Positions 57,411 to 64,000 of a stretch of DNA of 64,000 bases are shown here, in pieces (position 1 is the stretch's first letter; each line of letters starts with the position of its first letter). The notes beneath the pieces were generated by a model. It saw only the letters and a program-made list of their open reading frames with translations, was not told where the DNA came from and did no database searches. Both the position numbers and the translations under genes were made by a program. Origin of the DNA: Candidatus Woesearchaeota archaeon (GTDB taxonomy: Archaea; Nanobdellota; Nanobdellia; SCGC-AAA011-G17; GW2011-AR18); contig JAGVZG010000003.1 of the NCBI GenBank assembly GCA_018302765.1, positions 35,969-99,968 of the forward strand, read 5' to 3'.

Positions 57411-59789
57411 TTATATCACCTTGTGTACTACTAATCTTCTTATGCATACCTCTACTAAATACAATAATAAAGTGCTTAATAAAAATATCCATGAGTAACT
57501 TTTGTTTACAAGTATTTCTCTTCTTGACCTCTGTTTTATAAAATCAACAATGCCTCCAATATTGCCAGGGTCAAAAACCATGCCGCCAGTTGAATAAACT
57601 AAATTATTTAGGTTCTGGTTTGTTCCTATATCTATATATTCAGACTTATAATTAACAGCAAATACTGCATCCATAACTTTGCTAAATCCTAACTTATTAA
57701 TAGAAACCTTGCCTCTATAAAGATTTTCATCAAATTTATACAAAGCTACTTCTTTAGAGCTGGGCTGCACATCAGACTTGACTATAATCTCAATAGGTTT
57801 TCCTATTTCGCCATCACTAACGTCAATAAATCTGCTATTTTTTCTTTCAGGATCACCTATTACCCAGTTTCCTATGCGTGTCAACAAAAGAGAATTTTTC
57901 TTGTTTAATAATTCAAAGCCATAAACCTTGTAGTCTGTAGCCAAAGAAGCAACTCTACCAAGACCATATCTCCAAGAAAGAACTAATGACTCTCCTAAAT
58001 CAGTTGTAACCAATATTTTAGCTGTAGTTTTAGGAACTACTTGATTAAATCCATATACATTGGCACTTAAATCCAAGCCTTTCGTAATAAAATGATTTTT
58101 ATCAATAGAAACAACAGCAAAAACTCTTTTGCTCTCGCTTACTTCAGTTTCACCAAACAATAATTTTATTTTTTGGGAAGTATCTGGCTCAAAATAAATT
58201 CCATTTCCTTCATCAGCTAAAACTTGCATAAATGCTCTATCAGTGTCTCCTCCAACACCAACAGTATAAGTATTTATTCCCTGGCTTGCAGCATACTTTA
58301 CAGCGTTTAATGCCTTTTCTTTGCCCTGCGTATTTCCATCAGACAAAATAATTATATTTTTACTGCCGCCTGCGCCATGAAGAAGATCTATTGCTGCCTT
58401 CATGCCAACCTCTATGTCTGTTCCGCCCCCAAATTGCAATCTGCCTATCTTATCATACAAATCATTTCCCTGTTCTAATAAAGCTTTAAGTTCAGCAAGT
58501 TTGTAAGCAAAGCCGCTAAATGCAACAACACCGACACGATGAACAAGACTAAGATTGCTTAGCATACTTATAGCTAAAGCTTTTTCAACGTCAACTTTTT
58601 TATAGCCCCCAAATCCAATTCCAGTGCTGCCAGAAACATCAATAAGTAAAATAATATTTATATCTCCTCTCTTCTTCCCAGATTTGGCAACAAAAGCAGG
58701 CAATAATTGTTCAAACTTAGAGCCATTATAATTTCCTGAGTCATAAGAATTCCTTCCTCCTAATACAAATAAGCCACTGCCTTCAGAAACAAAACTAGAT
58801 AATTTGTCATAGTAAGGGTTAAGTTCATCTGCATGAATATCATCTATAAAAACAGCAGTATAAGGTTTTAAATCAACACCTAAGTTTTCAACTTTATCAA
58901 GATTGTACAATGGTTCAAATAACTGAACTAGTTCTTCATTCTTGCTAAGCAAAAGAACTTTCGGCTTCGGAACAACTTTGACTGTTTTATAAAAAATATT
59001 ATTCTGCTTAAAATAGTCATCAACTTCTAATTTAGCAGTTATTTCATGATATCCCTCATCAAAGCTATTTTTAAAAGTTATTTCTTCCCTGTCAACTAAT
59101 TGATCCAAAACTACTGTCGCATCAACGTGCACAATCAGTCTTGGTTTTCTTTTCTCTGTCTGCTTAACAACCACAGTAAAAGTATTCTCAGAGCCTGCAG
59201 TAGTTTTATCACTCCCATAAACTACAACAGAAGAATCATACTTGTCTGAAAAAATCCTTAGTGCACTTATGCTGGCATTCAAGCTGTTTGCCTGCACAAC
59301 AACATCTCCTAATTCTATCCCAGCATTATTATTGCCGTCACTTATCAATAAAATATTACTGTCTTTTTTAATATTTGATATAATTCCATCTCCAAGTCTA
59401 GATTCTTCACCGCTAGCTATAAAAGAAAATTCAACAGGAATTTTTTTCTCAAGTTCAGTCCTGAAACTATTAATGAAACTAAAATCAAATAATTCTATAG
59501 AAGTAGAATTATCTACTAAAATCGTAACTTTAGGATCGCCTTTGACTACTTTTGTAGTCTCAATATAAGGAGAAGCAAATGCAACCAAAAGCAATAATAC
59601 AATTACTGCTCTAGAAATAAAAATAAATATCTTTAATTTTTTCCTTTTCTTTTCATGCTCTTCGCCTAAGTACAATTTAACAAAGTTCTTTCTTAACAAA
59701 TAAATCCAAATAAAAGTTATAGGAATAACAAGCAAAAAAACATAAGGCCTCTCAAAATACTTAAATAAAAATCCAAATAAATCTATCAT
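57411..59789 (-). CDS. Membrane-anchored vWA protein with two vWA-like domains and a GATase1-like domain
   Basis: MIDAS-like DNSTS/SDG and DVSGS/GGTD/SDG; FVLGGRNSY; WRYGLGRV; N- and C-terminal TMs. Confidence 0.82.
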   Translation of the reverse strand: MIDLFGFLFKYFERPYVFLLVIPITFIWIYLLRKNFVKLYLGEEHEKKRKKLKIFIFISRAVIVLLLLVAFASPYIETTKVVKGDPKVTILVDNSTSIELFDFSFINSFRTELEKKIPVEFSFIASGEESRLGDGIISNIKKDSNILLISDGNNNAGIELGDVVVQANSLNASISALRIFSDKYDSSVVVYGSDKTTAGSENTFTVVVKQTEKRKPRLIVHVDATVVLDQLVDREEITFKNSFDEGYHEITAKLEVDDYFKQNNIFYKTVKVVPKPKVLLLSKNEELVQLFEPLYNLDKVENLGVDLKPYTAVFIDDIHADELNPYYDKLSSFVSEGSGLFVLGGRNSYDSGNYNGSKFEQLLPAFVAKSGKKRGDINIILLIDVSGSTGIGFGGYKKVDVEKALAISMLSNLSLVHRVGVVAFSGFAYKLAELKALLEQGNDLYDKIGRLQFGGGTDIEVGMKAAIDLLHGAGGSKNIIILSDGNTQGKEKALNAVKYAASQGINTYTVGVGGDTDRAFMQVLADEGNGIYFEPDTSQKIKLLFGETEVSESKRVFAVVSIDKNHFITKGLDLSANVYGFNQVVPKTTAKILVTTDLGESLVLSWRYGLGRVASLATDYKVYGFELLNKKNSLLLTRIGNWVIGDPERKNSRFIDVSDGEIGKPIEIIVKSDVQPSSKEVALYKFDENLYRGKVSINKLGFSKVMDAVFAVNYKSEYIDIGTNQNLNNLVYSTGGMVFDPGNIGGIVDFIKQRSRREILVNKSYSWIFLLSTLLLYLVEVCIRRLVVHKVI

Positions 59790-61555
59790 ATCTCACCTCT
59801 AAATTTAATATAAAATAATTCAAATAATATCAACAATAAAATCAGACTACTTAAATAAACAGCTAAATCATAATCTACATCACTCTTGATCTTATCCAAC
59901 TTTGCACTCGCAGTTTTTATATCGCTGGAAACATCAACAAAACTAATATCAGATTCTTTTTCATTTAATAAATTAATTGCAATAGGTTTACCATTTAAAT
60001 TATGCAAACCCTGTTTATCAAGAACAACAGTTTCATTAAGAAAACCAAATACGGTGCCGCTTTTTAAATTGACATTATTCAGGTCTTCCCTGCCTACCAA
60101 GAAATAAATCAAATTATTCCAAAAAACAGGATAGCCTGGAGTTAATTTAAAGTCACTTTCACTGTCTAAAATACCATAATAAACAACGCTGCCTCCTCCA
60201 ACCTTGAACAAGGAAACTAACCCTGTACCATTAACAGAAACTAAGTTAGTTCCATCAGCAGAATCTACATTAAAAATATTTTTTATAATCCCAAAATCAA
60301 TGTCTTTTGTAAATCTATTAATTTGCTGGACGTCTACCAAGCCACCACTAACAAATCCATTAAATCTAACTGGTAATAATCCTTCATAATTCATCTTATC
60401 TGAATCAGGCTGAGCAACAACTACAGCTGCCTTTCCTCTGTCTCTTACTTTTCTCATCACAGATCCAAAATTATCAACAACAAGTTTATTTTTATCAACG
60501 CCATCAAGAATATAAACATCGTATTCATCATCAGGAATTATAGGCGGCTCAGCAAAACTGACAACAACATCATCTATAGAAGTAAATGCCGCTTTCAAAA
60601 ATTTAGAAGGCTTATTGCTGATAAATAAGACTTTTATTTTATCTAAATAAGGTCTGGTAATTACAACTTCATTATCTGTTAAAAAATCATCTTGTTCAAT
60701 AATCTTAGCAATTGTTAAATTATCGTTTAAAGTAAAAACAAAAGGCTCAACACTTAAAGGTCCTATATGAATTTCACTCACTTCTTTATTTACTTTAAAG
60801 GAGATATCCTTAGCAATATTATTATAGTTCTTAAGGTACAGATTAACATCCTCACCCCTAATAATCATATCAACAATTCCCACATTACTTCTTAAATCTG
60901 TCTTTGTGTCTAAAAAATCTACATGAATGCCTCTGCTCTCTAATACATTTTTTGCAACGTCAGCACTAATGCCTTTGCTTACAATTAAATCGCTTACAAC
61001 AACTATTCTTCCCTTGGAACTACCAAGAATTTCTCCTCCTAAGCTTATAGCAGAAGCTATATCTGTAGTGTCATCTGTAGGCTGCAACCTATCTAAATAT
61101 CTTAAAAGAGAAGATCTACCAACACTCTGAAGCGCAACTACTGGATAGGATTTTAACAAAATCAAAGAGTTCTTAGACGTAGCTAAATCTTTTATTTTGT
61201 CCTTAGCTATCTCAAATCTTGTCATATTATTTGATTCTATAACTTTAGAGCTTGCGCTTACATCAAGTACGAAAACAATATTGCTAGAAACAACATCTCT
61301 ATTTAATACAAGAACTGGCTCTACTATGCTAAAAGCCAATAATAAAAATATCAGTAACTGGATAAAAAACAATAAATCATTCTGAAAATGTCTAAACAAA
61401 GATTGTGCTGTGCTTGTATTAACATTCTTCATAAAAAACATCAAAGAAGGTATCTTAAGTTTAGTTGGTCTTGGTTTTATTAAATATATTATTATCAAAG
61501 GAATTAAAGCAAGAAAAGTATACCACCCCAATATATTCCCAAATTTGAAAAGCAT
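59786..61555 (-). CDS. BatA-like N-terminal domain + vWA membrane protein
   Basis: LIPLIIIYLIKPRP...PSLMF, LDVSAS, TTDI, VSD; YPVFW; C-terminal TM. Confidence 0.82.
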   Translation of the reverse strand: MLFKFGNILGWYTFLALIPLIIIYLIKPRPTKLKIPSLMFFMKNVNTSTAQSLFRHFQNDLLFFIQLLIFLLLAFSIVEPVLVLNRDVVSSNIVFVLDVSASSKVIESNNMTRFEIAKDKIKDLATSKNSLILLKSYPVVALQSVGRSSLLRYLDRLQPTDDTTDIASAISLGGEILGSSKGRIVVVSDLIVSKGISADVAKNVLESRGIHVDFLDTKTDLRSNVGIVDMIIRGEDVNLYLKNYNNIAKDISFKVNKEVSEIHIGPLSVEPFVFTLNDNLTIAKIIEQDDFLTDNEVVITRPYLDKIKVLFISNKPSKFLKAAFTSIDDVVVSFAEPPIIPDDEYDVYILDGVDKNKLVVDNFGSVMRKVRDRGKAAVVVAQPDSDKMNYEGLLPVRFNGFVSGGLVDVQQINRFTKDIDFGIIKNIFNVDSADGTNLVSVNGTGLVSLFKVGGGSVVYYGILDSESDFKLTPGYPVFWNNLIYFLVGREDLNNVNLKSGTVFGFLNETVVLDKQGLHNLNGKPIAINLLNEKESDISFVDVSSDIKTASAKLDKIKSDVDYDLAVYLSSLILLLILFELFYIKFRGEI

Positions 61556-61667
61556 AACACTATAAGCCTCTTTTTATTATTTAAATCTTATTAAAAAACT
61601 AGAATCAAGCTAAAACCACTATTAATTTTCCATATAGTAAAACACATTAAAAGAAACATATAAATAA

Positions 61668-61880
61668 GTGTATCAATTCATATTATTTATGCAAAAATAT
61701 AAACATGTTATTTGGGAACTGGTTCTTATTCTCGCATCTGTATTGTTTTTTAGAAGCCTCTGGTTATTGATGGATAAATACCTTATTCATCCAAATGAAG
61801 ATTTTCTATTATGGTCTTCATTTATAGCAGGAATAATTCTTGCAGCTATTTCAATTCATATTTTAACCCATGAAAAATAA
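61668..61880 (+). CDS. Small two-TM membrane protein
   Basis: FFRSLWLLMDKY pattern, hydrophobic; GTG start or ATG at 61689. Confidence 0.55.
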   Translation: MYQFILFMQKYKHVIWELVLILASVLFFRSLWLLMDKYLIHPNEDFLLWSSFIAGIILAAISIHILTHEK

Positions 61881-61930
61881 ATACCTGCATAAATTATAGA
61901 ACTTATTCTAATTATCTAGCTAAGGAAAAA

Positions 61931-62060
61931 CGCCGCGAGCAGGATTTGAACCTGCAAGTCCTTTCGGACACCGGTTTACTTTGTACTTGGTTTGTATTCA
62001 AACTTTTTACTTAAAAATTTGATTCAAGACCGGCGCACTGCCGAGTTATGCGATCGCGGC
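61931..62060 (-). tRNA. tRNA-Ser(TGA) with 46-nt intron at canonical 37/38 (intron 61977-62022)
   Basis: Acceptor stem GCCGCGA/TCGCGGC, G73, anticodon stem CCGGT/ACCGG with loop CT-TGA-A|A, long variable arm GTCC-GAAA-GGAC, T arm GCAGG-TTCAAAT-CCTGC; CCA not encoded. Confidence 0.9.
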
Positions 62061-62092
62061 TTAAAAATAAAACAAGAATAAATTACTTAAAA

Positions 62093-62515
62093 ATCTACCG
62101 ATAATAACAGTAGATAGGAAATTGCAAAGTGGGAACTGAATGGAAAATCTCTTTGTTAGAAGGCTTAAAGTCCTTGTTTTCAAGGCATTGTAGTGCGAGA
62201 GCCTTCTGTTTTATTCTGTAATGTTGGATCATTCCATAGGTTTTCTCATCATATCTCTATTCTTAACCCTATAATTTTTATTTTTGAGCTCTCTGCTTCT
62301 GGATTATTCTGCCTTCTTAATTTGGCTTTAGCATTAAGAATCTCTCTGTTTTTCTTGGAATATTCTTGTTTTCTAGTTATTTTTACAAAACCACAACTGA
62401 AACTCCAGTTTTCTCTAAAATTTTCTTAAAAATCAATGAGAACTAAAGATAGAATTTTATTAATATAACTATTCTATCTCTTAAATCAATTTATTTTCCT
62501 ATCTACCGATAATAA
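62093..62515. mobile_element. Possible MITE/IS-like scar bounded by 15-bp direct and 12-bp inverted repeats
   Basis: ATCTACCGATAATAA at 62093-62107 and 62501-62515; GTAGATAGGAAA (62110-62121) inverted with TTTCCTATCTAC (62495-62506); broken ORF inside. Confidence 0.45.
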
Positions 62516-62521
62516 AATAAT

Positions 62522-63181
62522 TTAGAAAACACCTAACAAATTATAAGCAAATTTCTCACCAGCTTTTATAATGCCATTTCCTCCTCTCCCTTCAATTATA
62601 ATACAGCCATATTGAGAATAAACCTTGGTCTCATCACCAACTTTAATATAAACAACTGCAATATTATTAGTAACATTTGCGCAAGTTATTGGTAAAGTTT
62701 TATTCTCAAAACTAGTATTATAAACATTAGAAATGTCCAAATTGTAAATGCCAAAATTACCAGTAAGCATCTGCTCAAAAGCAGCAATTCCCAATACGGA
62801 ATCCGCATCAGTCATATTTGCCAATTCCACGTCCTGAGTAACGTACAGCTTCCTAATTCCTTTTGGCCTATTTAATTCAGAAATCAAACCAGGCTCTAAA
62901 TAAATTTCCTCTAAATCTTTTGGATGATTTCTAAAAGAATAAATATACTCTTGATCTTCTTGAAAAACGCTAACATGATAAAAAATAACACTTCCAACCT
63001 TAGATTTCCAAATCTTGTACTCTCCATTTTTTCCTTCGTAATTATAATAACCATTACTAAGATAAACCCTAACAAAATAGCCCACAAGTATAATTAAGAT
63101 AAGAACAACAAATATAACCAAAGCTACCCATAAAGTCTTTTTTTCTACTTTCTTACGTTTTTTATTTATTTTCTTAGTCAA
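62522..63181 (-). CDS. Hypothetical membrane-anchored protein (paralog-like to 63200-63817)
   Basis: Basic N-terminus, TM, YSFR..P..LE.I, LPITC...GCIIIEG. Confidence 0.7.
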   Translation of the reverse strand: MTKKINKKRKKVEKKTLWVALVIFVVLILIILVGYFVRVYLSNGYYNYEGKNGEYKIWKSKVGSVIFYHVSVFQEDQEYIYSFRNHPKDLEEIYLEPGLISELNRPKGIRKLYVTQDVELANMTDADSVLGIAAFEQMLTGNFGIYNLDISNVYNTSFENKTLPITCANVTNNIAVVYIKVGDETKVYSQYGCIIIEGRGGNGIIKAGEKFAYNLLGVF

Positions 63182-63199
63182 GTTCTACCACCTATAAAA

Positions 63200-63817
63200 T
63201 CACATAATATCAAGTAGACCATAAATAAACCTATTTATTATTATTGGTTCTTCGCCAAGTATAGCCTCAAGCACAAAACAACCACCTTCCTTATAAATCT
63301 CACTTTTATTGCCATTTCTTAAGTAAACAGAATCACTAGAACTACAATCAATTATTGGCAGATCTCCACAGCCTTTTTCTTTAATGCAAGCTAAAGAAGA
63401 TGGGATATTTTTAGAATAAAAAACCTGCCTAAGTCTTGCTAATTCCAGACTATTCTCAGAAAATTCTTCTGGGTTGAAAACAAGATAAACTTTCCTTAAA
63501 GAAAGTACATTGCTCAAATCTACAGTTTTTATAGCCTCCAATTCATTAGGACTGTACTCAAAACTATAGTCAACTCCATTCACTTTAACCAACCAAATTC
63601 CCTCTTTGTTAATTAGTTCATAGCCATTGTATTCCAAACTATCACTATTTATTCCATTATCGTTGCCCAGACCAACAGAAAATACAGAAAGTATCATAAT
63701 TAAAACAATTCCACCAACAACAAACAAAGCTATATTTCTCTTATTAAATAAACTGGTTTTTACCTCACTAATCGATTCAGTAGTGATTTTACTCTTGGAA
63801 AATTTTTTCTTTTTCAT
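63200..63817 (-). CDS. Hypothetical membrane-anchored protein
   Basis: Basic N-terminus, TM, YSFEYSPNELEAI, LPIIDC...GCFVLEA. Confidence 0.7.
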   Translation of the reverse strand: MKKKKFSKSKITTESISEVKTSLFNKRNIALFVVGGIVLIMILSVFSVGLGNDNGINSDSLEYNGYELINKEGIWLVKVNGVDYSFEYSPNELEAIKTVDLSNVLSLRKVYLVFNPEEFSENSLELARLRQVFYSKNIPSSLACIKEKGCGDLPIIDCSSSDSVYLRNGNKSEIYKEGGCFVLEAILGEEPIIINRFIYGLLDIM

Positions 63818-63871
63818 ATTCTAAATTTCAATCATAAAAACAATAAAAAACTTTCTAAAATATAAAGAATT

Positions 63872-63900
63872 AAAATAAAAAAGAAAAAAGGTTGTTAACC
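63872..63900 (-). terminator. Oligo-U type terminator candidate
   Basis: GGTT-AAC-AACC mini-stem followed by TTTTTTCTTTTTTATTTT right after the stop at 63903. Confidence 0.5.
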
Positions 63901-63902
63901 TT

Positions 63903-64000
63903 TTAAGCAACTGTTATGCCTGAAACAGTTAATGACGTTCCAGTAACAGTAACACTTGTCTTGTCTTTCAACTGTGCCTTGAATGCATCAGGATTCTTTA
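63903..64000 (-). CDS. 3' end of a gene running in from beyond the window, possibly an S-layer protein
   Basis: Open frame KNPDAFKAQLKDKTSVTVTGTSLTVSGITVA*; Thr/Ser/Val-rich beta-type tail and a strong terminator; S-layer identity is a weak recollection. Confidence 0.4.
   Translation of the reverse strand, partial: KNPDAFKAQLKDKTSVTVTGTSLTVSGITVA

Noticed and set aside
311-61385. Many 60-135 aa antisense or nested ORFs in the track (e.g. 12551-12895, 41874-42335, 55477-55881)
   Set aside because: All lie opposite or within well-supported genes and show no recognisable motifs
61931-62060. tRNA-Leu call or an att site
   Set aside because: Anticodon TGA and G73 indicate Ser; no duplicated tRNA 3' end and no integrase in the window
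62193-62429. 78-aa plus-strand ORF
   Set aside because: GTG start with no promoter evident; better explained as the antisense shadow of a decayed minus-strand frame
1-64000. CRISPR array, rRNA, transposase or integrase genes
   Set aside because: No regularly spaced repeats, rRNA-like sequence or DDE/tyrosine recombinase motifs were seen

Overview
AT-rich archaeal chromosomal segment, most consistent with a DPANN lineage such as Woesearchaeota. This is inferred from AglB, AMP phosphorylase, Dph6, an intron-containing tRNA and TATA boxes about 20-25 nt before start codons. Positions 1-44.3 kb form one large surface-glycan locus around the oligosaccharyltransferase AglB: two flippases, an MraY/AglH-type initiator, GT2/GT4/GT-C transferases, dTDP-sugar and GDP-heptose pathways, two aminotransferase modules and four SAM methyltransferases. 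Embedded in it (2.4-7.8 kb) is a complete C-P bond pathway: PEP mutase fused to a nucleotidyltransferase, a methylphosphonate synthase-like oxygenase keeping the MpnS-diagnostic residues, phosphonopyruvate decarboxylase and an Fe-alcohol dehydrogenase, followed by a CDP-alcohol phosphotransferase. This is the strongest candidate for a novel system: methylphosphonate decoration of the cell surface in a DPANN-like archaeon. Positions 44-50.5 kb hold prs, an AsnB-Dph6 fusion, an AI-2E transporter and AMP phosphorylase. Positions 50.5-61.6 kb hold a vWA-MoxR-DUF58 operon; MoxR carries a 536-aa LAGLIDADG intein, and the operon is interrupted by a decayed DGR-type reverse transcriptase (5' truncated, G9 tract, second frameshift) and followed by a frameshifted gene resembling a DGR target. 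The right end has tRNA-Ser(TGA) with a 46-nt intron, a repeat-bounded ~420-bp insertion, two membrane-anchored hypothetical genes and the 3' end of a possible S-layer gene. All functional calls come from motif recognition by eye; no searches were run.
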